Shown: positions 1-8,410 of the stretch, piece by piece | Position numbering within the stretch: the stretch's first letter is position 1 | How the letters are laid out: each line of letters begins with the position of its first letter | Origin: Octopus sinensis | Lineage: Eukaryota | DNA: 9,911 nucleotides | Assembly: GCF_006345805.1 (NCBI RefSeq) | Contig: NW_021827670.1 | Location: 1 to 9,911 of the forward strand | Direction of reading: 5' to 3' | Made by a program: the position numbers and the translations under genes | Notes under the pieces: generated by a model | The model's database searches: none | What the model saw: only the letters and a program-made list of their open reading frames with translations | What the model was told of the DNA's origin: nothing

Positions 1-11
1 GAATATAGATA

Positions 12-50
12 GAAAGAAAGAAAGAAAGAAAGAAAGAAAGGGAAAGGAAG
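12..50. repeat. (GAAA)n purine-rich microsatellite
   Basis: About 7 direct AGAA/GAAA units followed by a degenerate GGAA tail. Confidence 0.95.
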
Positions 51-52
51 GA

Positions 53-190
53 GATCAAATTCTGCCGAGGTCGACTTTGTTTTTCTTCCTTCCAGGGTAG
101 CTAAACAAGTACCAGTTCTGGGGTCAATATAATCGGTTAACCCTTCCAAAACCATTACTGGTCTTGTACCACGATTTGAAACCGATATTT
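53..190 (+). mobile_element. 5'-truncated tRNA-derived SINE (octopus-type), starting at the B box
   Basis: Begins with B-box-like GATCAAATTC, then TGCCGAGGTCGACTTTG...AAGTACCAGTTCTGGGGTCAAT, matching an abundant octopus SINE as I recall it. Shares AAGTAC...TCTGGGGTC with the SINE 3' part at 8181-8230. Confidence 0.65.
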
Positions 191-659
191 CAAGAACAGT
201 TTTTTTTTATCTCCGTTTCAACATTTGGTGACTTTCATATTTATTTTTCGATTTCAACAATTAGCTTCTTTACTGATTAAGAGAATAATATCAGCAATGA
301 TCTACTTGAAAATGCAAAGATCATTTCAACTAAACAATGGAAACCAATTTGAACAATAGTTACCAGGCATTAGTGATTAAAAAGTATGTCAAGGGTTTTG
401 TTTGGACGATCGAAATAAAGATATTGTTGTAAACAGGTTGATTACATTAAGATAATTTAGCGAGTTTAGTCCTGTGATTCATTAAGTGTATAATATAAAG
501 CTAAACTTCGAACCCAAATTTAATATTAATTGTTTTATATTTGAAATTATTTTTAAGTATGCTATGGTGCTCAAAAATAAAATAATAAACGGTGGTAATA
601 TGGCAAACATGACTTTCAAAGTATAACATAGGTTTAATCTTAAACTTGAATATATCACA

Positions 660-955
660 TAACTTCTTTTATGTCTCATGTCTTTTTCTCTCAGCTCATT
701 TGTTCTTTACCATTCATAGAAACTAACATTACACTTCCATCGTCACCACATTTCTTTCCCAACTTTTGCAGATCCCCTCCATTCAAGGCCCATCACTTGC
801 TACCACGAGGCACATCGCTTTGGCCATGTCACTGACAAACAAGCCATTTGTGGCCAGCAGACACAGTAACTCTCTAAACTTTATCAAACCCCGTTCTTAC
901 TTGGCAACTATGTCCACGAAAGACCCCGTCCTCACAACTTATTCGGTACCCTATC
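660..955 (-). pseudogene. RTE-clade LINE ORF fragment (region C-terminal to RT), frameshifted
   Basis: Minus-strand translation across frameshifts gives DIVA..VRTG..KFRELLCLLATNGL...RGSK*WALNGGDLQKL...WKCNVSFYEW*RTNELREK. This follows the RTE pattern ARxRxGWxKFRELLPLL...HGSETWAL...RWMCNVS...ELREKL. Confidence 0.75.
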
Positions 956-999
956 GTTAAAATCTGGGGATTGCGAGGAATTTATTAATCAAGCAATGT

Positions 1000-1030
1000 C
1001 ACCACCACCACCACCACCACCACCATAACC

Positions 1031-1128
<98 letters not shown>
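1000..1128. repeat. (CAC)n followed by long (AT)n microsatellite
   Basis: Direct inspection: about 8 CAC units, then about 40 AT units with one interruption. Confidence 0.97.
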
Positions 1129-1129
<1 letters not shown>

Positions 1130-1130
1130 C

Positions 1131-1480
1131 GTTACTGCGGCCATGCTGGGGCAACATATTCTAGGGTTTGGGTTGGACAAATGGAGCACAGAACATTTAA
1201 TGAAAAATCTTACTTATTCCAGCAGGTTGTGCTAAACCGCTGGATTATGGGGATGTAAACGCACCAGCACCGGCTGCAAATCTTGATGCAGGAAAAACAA
1301 GTACATAATAACACACGCACGCGTACACACACACATACACATATTTCACACACATGTAGACACACACATATATATAATTATATATATATATATGTATGAA
1401 TACTTATATCTCTCTATATATACAGACATACACGAGACGCTCCTTCCAGTTTCCTTTGACAAAATGCCACTTGCAATGAG
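1131..1480 (-). mobile_element. Decayed, 5'-truncated copy of the SINE family at 7894-8302, with internal microsatellite
   Basis: Reverse complement of 1131-1275 (GTGCTGGTGCGTTTACATCCCCATAATCCAGCGGTTT...GGAATAAGTA...CCCAGCATGGCCGCAGT) aligns to 8126-8270. Reverse complement of 1432-1475 (GTGGCATTTTGTCAAAGGAAACTGGAAGGAGCGTCTCGTG) aligns to about 8019-8057. Confidence 0.75.
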
Positions 1481-1550
1481 TTATATACATTCTTTGCACA
1501 GACTTGTATATGTGCCACTGCTGTAATATGTTTGAATGAATTCATGACTA

Positions 1551-1694
1551 TAGATGCACAACAGATACGAATGTATATATTCATACATACAGATATGTAT
1601 TCACATACATACAAATATTTGCATACTGATGCACAGATGTTGATGTATACGCATGTATTATATATATATATATATATGTATATATGTGTGTGTA

Positions 1695-1732
<38 letters not shown>

Positions 1733-1797
1733 ACTACACTTGTATATATGTACGATTATGTATGTTTGTGTGTATTTATGTATGTATGTATGTATCT

Positions 1798-1829
<32 letters not shown>

Positions 1830-2110
1830 ATACGCATGAGCTTTTATATATATGTAAAGATATATGTGTTCATATATACATATATATGTATATAAATATA
1901 TCCTATATGTATATTTGTTTACATATATACATAAAAAGATAGATATATATACATATATATATACACATATATATATACACACCCACACACACATGTATAT
2001 AGAATGACACAAACACAAACAGACACAATCACAGACATATATACGGATCTACGTAAAAAACAAAGTTTTATCGGTTTATTTTGATTATGCTTTATCTCTC
2101 ACTCACTCAA

Positions 2111-2152
<42 letters not shown>

Positions 2153-2160
2153 ATATATAT
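1551..2160 (+). repeat. Local duplication, copy A (paralogue of 3255-3993)
   Basis: Colinear shared anchors: TAGATGCACAACAGA, TGCAACTACACTTGTATATATGTACGATTATGTATGT, TGTTTACATATATACATAAAAAGATA, GATTATGCT(T/C)TATCTCTCACTCACTCAATGTGTGT. Confidence 0.9.
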
Positions 2161-2390
2161 AAAACATTATTGGTGAATTGAAGAAATGGAGCTGAACGCA
2201 GATTGAACAGAAATCGTTTTATTTCATTCTACACGTGTTTCGAAAGGCACAAATTACCAAAATCCGATTGAATAATGGGACCATATTGTGTCTTTCTCTT
2301 CAGGAAGAAAAACAAAAGGTACTAAGGTATCGGTTAAACTTTTGATTAATCTACTACAAGATTATTCATCTTTCTATTTCACATAATATA
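2161..2390 (-). mobile_element. Probable Penelope-like element terminal-repeat (pseudo-LTR) remnant or non-autonomous derivative
   Basis: A ~230 bp non-repetitive island bounded by (TA)n on both sides. On the minus strand it carries CTGAAGAG...CGAAACACGTGT followed by AATAAA (plus-strand TTTATT 2218-2223), the usual layout of PLE terminal repeats. Confidence 0.55.
2217..2317 (-). ncRNA. Type I hammerhead ribozyme motif (minimal, palindromic helix III)
   Basis: Minus strand: ttttcttc-CUGAAGA-gaaag.acacaa...uugug.c.cuuuc-GAAA-cacgug-UA^-gaaugaaa. Core CUGAAGA at 2303-2297, G10.1-C11.1 pair, GAAA at 2241-2238, palindrome ACACGTGT at 2231-2238, GUA cleavage triplet. Helix II is 5+5 bp; helix I is 3+4 bp with one bulge. 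Confidence 0.85.
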
Positions 2391-2441
2391 TATATATATA
2401 TATATATTATATACCTATATATACATACATTATATACCTAT

Positions 2442-2482
<41 letters not shown>

Positions 2483-2502
2483 TATACTACAATATATACA
2501 TC

Positions 2503-2559
<57 letters not shown>

Positions 2560-2614
2560 TATATATAAAGTGATGTATATATATGAGTGTGTGTGTGTCA
2601 ACTTTAATTACATG

Positions 2615-2686
2615 TAGAGAAAGACGTGGAAGGCAGAAGATGGTTATACGATGAGCTAGAAACAACAGCAAAATCTCCTATGTATT
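2615..2686 (+). repeat. 72-nt dispersed repeat, copy 1 (possible SINE/LINE 3' remnant)
   Basis: 68/72 identical to 3179-3250. GCTAGAAACAACAGCAAAATCTCC resembles an octopus repeat tail as I recall it (weak). Confidence 0.85.
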
Positions 2687-3084
2687 GTCACCACCACCAC
2701 CACCACCACTACTTCTACTACAACTACTACTGCACACACCTATATGAGTGTATACATATATATAAATACAGATATATATACATCGTCATGTGTGCATTTA
2801 TATACAGATGTGTGTGTAAGTTCATACACATACGTACATATATATACATTCATATATAGTGAGATATCTGTGTGTGCGTGTGTGTGTGTGTGTGCGTGCA
2901 TTCAAAGAACATATACACATAATCGCATATACAGTATAGGCAGTTGAACAACCATACACACAGAGGTTTATAGCAAACTAACACAAACACGCACACATAC
3001 ACACATATGGGTTCATATACATACATATATATATATATGTGTGTGTGTGTGTGTATGTGTGTGTATATAATATATATATGTGTT

Positions 3085-3115
<31 letters not shown>

Positions 3116-3178
3116 GTATATATATATGAGTGTGTGTGTGTATGTGTATACATACTTATATGTCTACTTAAATAGCAT

Positions 3179-3250
3179 TAGAGAAAGACGTGGAAGGCTG
3201 TAGGTGCTTATACGATGAGCTAGAAACAACAGCAAAATCTCCTATGTATT
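3179..3250 (+). repeat. 72-nt dispersed repeat, copy 2
   Basis: 68/72 identical to 2615-2686; lies directly upstream of duplication copy B. Confidence 0.85.
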
Positions 3251-3254
3251 TTCT

Positions 3255-3355
3255 TAGATGCACAACAGAATCAAATGTATATATTCATGCATACAGATAT
3301 GTATTCACATTCATACAAATACTTCCATGCTGCTGCACAGATGTTGTTGTATACG

Positions 3356-3427
<72 letters not shown>

Positions 3428-3479
3428 CAACTACACTTGTATATATGTACGATTATGTATGTATGTATGTATCTATCTG

Positions 3480-3519
<40 letters not shown>

Positions 3520-3634
3520 ATTAATATGCATGTGCTTTTATATATATGTAAATATATATGTGTTTATATATACATATATATGTATATAAATATATCTTAT
3601 ATGTATATATGTTTACATATATACATAAAAAGAT

Positions 3635-3669
<35 letters not shown>

Positions 3670-3901
3670 TTACATATATATATACACACACACACACACG
3701 TATATTTATTAGTGTGTGTTATTGTGTGTGCATACATATGACCTTTCCTTCTTTTATTATATACCCTAACACTAACCCTATGTATGTATATGTATATTTG
3801 TGTGTATAAATATACACTCATATACGTATAAAAAGAGAAGGCAAGATTATGCTCTATCTCTCACTCACTCAATGTGTGTTGTGTGTACATATATGTATAT
3901 A

Positions 3902-3990
<89 letters not shown>

Positions 3991-3993
3991 TAT
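3255..3993 (+). repeat. Local duplication, copy B (paralogue of 1551-2160)
   Basis: Same colinear anchors as copy A at an offset of 1704-1762 nt; the intervening microsatellites differ in length. Confidence 0.9.
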
Positions 3994-4176
3994 AACTTCA
4001 GTTTATCTAAAGTTATTATTCATAGCTGAATGCTCTTCTTGACACTAATAAACCTAACAACAGTCATTGTGTTGTGTCTCTAGGTTAGCTACATTCCTCT
4101 GCTTACATCTTGAGCTATAAATCTGTGGATCATACCCCAGCTAGGGTGGGGGACACTTTATATAGAAAAACAAATT

Positions 4177-4257
4177 GAGTGTAGTGGGTGCTTTTTATGT
4201 GCCAGGGGAGGCTGGCAACGACCACGATCGGTTGGTGCTTTTTTCGTGCCACCGGCA
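4177..4257 (-). mobile_element. Fragment of an RTE-tailed repeat family (internal portion)
   Basis: Contains direct repeat GGTGCTTTTTATGTGCCA (4187-4204) / GGTGCTTTTTTCGTGCCA (4234-4251). Resembles the octopus RTE-associated repeat from memory; orientation is inferred from that recollection. Confidence 0.45.
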
Positions 4258-4411
4258 ATCATCATCATCATCACCATATACTGTCCACCTTCCATGAATT
4301 CATGAGTAAGATGGATGACAGGAGCCGTCCAGGTAGGAAAAACTACCCTGGGCTATTGTCTATTTAGGAAAGGGATTTTACAGCTGGATGCTCTTCCAAA
4401 CATCAACCACC
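4258..4411 (-). mobile_element. 3' tail of an RTE-type LINE/SINE ending in (ATG)n
   Basis: (CAT)n at 4258-4275. Reverse complement GTGGTTGATGTTTGGAAGAGCATCCAGCTG matches GTGGTTGGCATAAAGATCGGCATCCAGTCA at 9039-9068. Short tandem tails are characteristic of RTE-clade elements. Confidence 0.65.
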
Positions 4412-4419
4412 AGTTTTTT

Positions 4420-4524
4420 CCCACTGTATGACACCTTGAGCAAGTACCTTCTTCTAAATCCCATGGCTGATCAAGGCTTCTGAGTGGATTAAATAGAGAT
4501 AATCTGAGAGAAGCCCATCGTACA
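4420..4524 (+). mobile_element. Internal fragment of the SINE family at 7894-8302
   Basis: CCCACTGTATGACACCTTGAGCAAGTACC...AGAAGCCCATCGTA aligns with CCCACTGCGAGGCACCTTGGGCAAGTGTT...AGAAGCCCGTCGTA (7955-8058). Confidence 0.75.
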
Positions 4525-4608
4525 CCGCTGGACAAAATCTGAGGACCAGTGAAAAAACTGCCAAAATGAAGTTTTTTTTTTTGTGTGTGTGTGTACGTAT
4601 GCATATGT

Positions 4609-4640
4609 ATATCATCATCATCATCATCATCATCATCGTT
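4609..4640. repeat. (CAT)n microsatellite ending in CATCGTT, possibly a vestigial minus-strand RTE tail
   Basis: About 9 ATC units, then CGTT, the reverse complement of the AACGATGATG tail end at 9171-9180. Confidence 0.8.
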
Positions 4641-4949
4641 ATATATGCACACACCTGCTTGAGTGTGTGTGTGTATGTTTCCATTTGCTTTCACTGAAAA
4701 TTGCTCAGCTATGAACGATTATCATTTTCCCTGTTAATAGACAAACCATTGGAATAAGTGATCCCTTGAACGACAGGTAAGGGTTAATAACATGAAGGGG
4801 ATCCAGATACAAAAAGAATGGATTGATAATATACTCATACAACCCATGGTAGTATGGAGAAGAGGTGTAGAATGATTGCTTTATATGCATATACGTACAT
4901 ATATAAGTCTATGTATGTGTATACTCGTGTGCATGTGTGAGTAGCTGTA

Positions 4950-5004
4950 TGGCATAGTGATTCGGGTGTTACCCTCACAATAGCTAGATCGTGGGTTTGA
5001 TTCT
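4950..5004 (+). mobile_element. Isolated tRNA-like SINE head (Pol III A and B boxes)
   Basis: A-box-like TGGCATAGTGA (4950-4960) and B-box-like GGTTTGATTCT (4994-5004) at tRNA-like spacing; no cloverleaf and no SINE body follows. Confidence 0.5.
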
Positions 5005-5399
5005 TGCAATGCCCTTCCTTTCCCAAGAGAAGAAACGACAGAGGCTGGAGTCTCAAGCCATTAGAAAAGCCAGCTTAAGAGAATATATGTTAACAGAACA
5101 ACTTCAAAGTGACGCAGATAGAAATGCCTGCTACAGAGAAGAGGAAACATCAAAGTAACGACAAGTCAGGTTGGAATTTAAAACTTTATCTTTTGGAGAG
5201 GAGCGACTAGTAACCTTTAACTAAGATCTTAATACATAAGCATTACGATAGATGTTTTATGGATACATTTGTGTAGAGTACACACTGGGTCAAAGGTCGA
5301 GTGAGCGCTTGTATATATTATAAGTACACAAATTTGGTGATTTGTTTAGTCGACTTCTTTTCCCCAAGAGCTTCATGCATTAGTGAACAGTCAACAGCG

Positions 5400-6160
5400 T
5401 TGGAGACCATGGAGATTAAATTTCTGAATATTTGAAAAGAGTTTCCTGTATCATTGTAATTTTTGGTGGATATCAAAATGCCGACATCATGACTGATGCT
5501 CAATGCTCTGTGAATACTGTAAAGGCTGTGAGATGTGACACACGCATGAGACTGTGAATCTGTAGCTACTGGGAAGGGACATAGTAGGAGTTCTGAGTGT
5601 GTCTGCACCACACCACAATTCATTGCCACATCGTTGAGCAGGTAGTGAGTTACGCTCTACACAGACATCTTTGTGAAACTGCTGCAGACTGGGATCAAAC
5701 TCTGGCTGGAGAGGATTGCCATTGGAAGGTCATATGTGTGGCAGCAAGATTCATCTCTTCGTCATACCGCTGGAAGGAACCAGACGTGATTGTTAGAGAT
5801 TTTCTACGACTGCCCCAGCCCGAATTTCTGGTCTCCTAATTCCCCTGATTGTAATACCCTGGATTACTATGTGAGGGGCGCAATTGAGAAAGATACCAAC
5901 CTCTTTTCCTGCAGCGCTAAGTCCAAGCTGATGACCAAGATCAAAGAGGGGTTCGAAAATCTTCCCAATGACACGTGAGGAACGATTGAAGATGCCAGGC
6001 TTGAAGATGTGTTGAGGCTGTGGTGGAAGTGAAGGGCAGATAATTTCAGGAAACCTTTATCTCTCAGCCAAAACCTAGTTTTGACAGGTTTTGATTTTTA
6101 AAACGCTTATTTTGGATGTGATAAGGAGTTTTATTTTCCTTTTGTGAAAAGTGTCAGATG
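5400..6160 (+). mobile_element. Internally deleted Tc1/mariner-superfamily transposon, DD37D (maT) family
   Basis: One frame reads YVWQQD(5748)SSLRHTAGRNQT*LLEIFYDCPSPNFWSPNSPDCNTLD(5862)YYVRGAIEKDTN, with exactly 37 residues between the two Asp. An N-terminal piece KRVSCIIVIF..ADIMTDAQCSVNTVKAVR starts at 5435. TIRs not identified, so the ends are approximate. Confidence 0.85.
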
Positions 6161-6294
6161 TATACATACACTCATTGCATATGTATACATATCTATATAC
6201 ATATATTTAAATGTATATGTATACACAAATACACATACATGTATGTGTATGCCTATCCATTTAGATATTTATTCACATTTGTTGCAGCTTTGCA

Positions 6295-7155
6295 ATATTG
6301 TATGCTAAAAGTATTCCACAAGGGACATCCAGGAACCGCAAGAATGAAAGCACTGATGAGAAGCTAAGTTTACTGGTTGAATATGGATCAGGAAATTGAA
6401 ATTGGTGAAGGCCTGCAGGGGTTGTGCCCTGGCAATAAAAAGCACTACCTATAAAAATTCACCCTTGGCCCAAGACTGACATAGAGTACAGGACCTATAA
6501 TTGGAAGGCATTATCTATTAGCTGTGGACACTTACACGAAATGGCCGGAAATATGTAAATGTAGGAAGCCATCCTCCAAAGTGGCAATGCAATTTCTGGA
6601 CGAAGATTTTGCGCGATATGGCACCCCAGACAATATAGTGTCTGAAAGCGGAACATAGTTGACATCGAAGGAATTAATAAGCTTTCACAAAATGCATGCA
6701 AGAGCATATTACTACTCGGCCATACCATCCGAGATCGAATGACTAGCGGAACGTTTTGTAGACAAGTTTAAGAGGGCACTAAAAAAACAACCTAGGAATG
6801 AGACTACTAGTTCATACTGCATTGACGCATTTCTTAAGTGTCTACCGAATAACACCTAACCCCAACCACCACTTCAGTATGTCGCCGGCTGAACTAATGT
6901 TCGCCAGGAAACCAAAGTCAGGTCAGTGCTCGACAAATATTTGCCGAGAAGAAAAGGTGGAGGGAAATAGAAGGAAACACCGAAAATAAGATAAATACTT
7001 CAAATCGGTGACAAGGTGTTTTGTTCTTAAATATACAGAAATGGAGAGGAAAGTTGGGAAGAATTATAATAAGTAAACGTTTTAGAAAAAATAACGTAAA
7101 TGGTAAAAGGTGAAACGTGGGAACACATTTAAAACAAACTGAAAAAAAAGAAACT
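6295..7155 (+). pseudogene. Ty3/Gypsy LTR-retrotransposon integrase fragment, multiply disrupted
   Basis: HHCC region FHKGHPGTARMKALMRS*VYW...VKACRGCA, then HPWPKTD, AVDTYTKWPE, FARYGTPDNIVSESGT, PYHPRSN.LAERFVDKFKRAL, YRITPN...SPAELMFARKP, QIGDKVF. Several stops and frameshifts; no LTR seen. Confidence 0.92.
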
Positions 7156-7180
7156 GTTTACGCGAGAAAGATGAGACGAC

Positions 7181-7665
7181 AAACAGATGAAAGGCAGTGC
7201 TATTGGTGTAGGGATCGCCGGTGATGTTGCCAGCCTCTTCATAGTATGATGGGACAGGCATTTTAAGCAGTGCCTAGTGACCCGTAACATCCACTTAAAT
7301 ATGTACTCTCGAAACGTTGACGACATTGACTTTGTCGTGAAAAGTAATAGAAATATGAACACTCTCCTAAATGAAGAATAGATGATGACAACTGTACAAC
7401 CCATGGCTGACTCTATCCATAGCAGTATAAAGGCTACTGTAGACTACCCCTCTAAAAACTCCAGAAATAGATTACCTGCAATACATACTCAGCTGTGGAT
7501 AGAAAATACTATGATTAACGGAACAGTTAATCCCTGTTTACTCCATTCACATTATTATAAATCTATAGCTAATCCACTGGTAAATCCGTAGTGACTCAGC
7601 GATGTCAAGTACTACCAAAATCAACATCCTTGTGGCAGACTTCGAGTAATGAGGATAACATCGGT
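7181..7665 (+). pseudogene. Penelope-like element reverse transcriptase fragment (palm and thumb)
   Basis: KQMKGSAIGVGIAGDVASLFIV*WDRHF...MYSRNVDD(7319-7324)IDFVV...ADSIHSSIKATVDYPSKN..RLP...LWIE...HYYKSIAN, then after frameshifts DSAMSSTTKINILVAD/RVMR. The Q-x-x-G-x-A-x-G, Y-x-R-Y-V-D-D and H-Y-x-K...SA...K motifs are PLE-type. Confidence 0.78.
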
Positions 7666-7790
7666 GGCGTGAAGGGGAGGCTGGTATGCATGGGCAACTG
7701 CTGGTCTTCCATAAACAACCTTGCCCAGACTTGTGCCTCGGAGGGTAACATTGTAGGTGCAATCCCTCATTCCTGACCGAAGGGGGTCCA
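7666..7790 (+). mobile_element. Probable truncated SINE/LINE 3' fragment
   Basis: GC-rich block (GGCAACTGCTGGTCTTCCATAAACAACCTTGCCCAGACTTGTGCCTCGGAGGGTAAC...GACCGAAGGGGGTC) ending at a (TA)/(CA) tract. Recognised only from memory as an octopus repeat end. Confidence 0.4.
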
Positions 7791-7798
7791 ATATATAT

Positions 7799-7831
<33 letters not shown>

Positions 7832-7893
7832 ACACACACACACATACAACACACATACACACACATATATATATATATTTATATATATATATA

Positions 7894-8302
7894 GGCGCAG
7901 GAGTGGGTGTGTCTTAAGTAGCTTGCTTACCAAGCACATGGTTCAGGGTTCAGTCCCACTGCGAGGCACCTTGGGCAAGTGTTTTCTACTATAGCCACGG
8001 GCCGACCAAAGCCTTGTGAGTCGATTTGGTAGACGGAAACTGAAAGAAGCCCGTCGTATATATATATATATATAAAATATATATATGTGTGTGTGTGGTG
8101 TGTGTGTGTGTGTCCGAAGCATCGCTTGACAACGGATGCTGGTGTGTTTACGTCCCCGTAGATTAGCGGTTCGGCAAAAGAAACCGATGGAATAAGTACT
8201 AGGCTTACAAAGAATAAGTTCTGGGGTCGATTTACTCGACTAAATGCGGTGCTCCACCATGGCCACAGTCAAATGACAGAAACAATTAAAAGAGTAAAAG
8301 AA
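7894..8302 (+). mobile_element. Near full-length tRNA-derived SINE with internal (TA)n(TG)n microsatellite
   Basis: Degenerate A box near 7903, B box GGTTCAGTCCC at 7947-7957, CORE-like CACCTTGGGCAAGTG, internal microsatellite 8057-8112, and a tail ending AAAAGAGTAAAAGA. Two further partial copies lie in this window. It may belong to the octopus OR/OK SINE families, but the exact family is not assigned. Confidence 0.85.
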
Positions 8303-8320
8303 TATATATATGTACGTTTG

Positions 8321-8389
<69 letters not shown>

Positions 8390-8410
8390 TGTGTGTGTGT
8401 GTGTGTGTGT

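Noticed and set aside
721-960. Apparent branch point (ACTAAC), polypyrimidine tract and AG at 770-771 followed by a plus-strand ORF
   Set aside because: The region is better explained as the antisense strand of an RTE LINE fragment.
2648-2664. CGATGAGCTAGAAAC in both 72-nt repeats resembles a hammerhead core
   Set aside because: Lacks CUGA and has no room for helix II.
2615-3250. 72-nt repeats as CRISPR repeats or tandem exons
   Set aside because: Only two copies in eukaryotic DNA, separated by microsatellite; splice signals are weak and the differences are non-synonymous in the open frame.
989-4042. Many ORF-track entries rich in YI/IY/CV/HT dipeptides, including the 183-aa ORF at 3190-3741
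   Set aside because: These are translations of (TA)n, (TG)n and (CA)n tracts, which lack stop codons in some frames; there is no protein-like complexity.
4353-4694. Minus-strand ORFs with poly-D or poly-M runs
   Set aside because: Produced by the (CAT)n tract and antisense SINE/RTE fragments.
5928-5960. CTGATGA...CGAAA hammerhead-like words
   Set aside because: Lies within maT coding sequence (KLMTKIKEGFEN); no G10.1-C11.1 pair and no helices.
7247-7249. In-frame TGA in the PLE RT as possible selenocysteine (some Naiad PLEs are reported to encode Sec)
   Set aside because: It aligns to a Trp position (WWD; TGG to TGA), and the copy also has a TAG, frameshifts and a broken YVDD.
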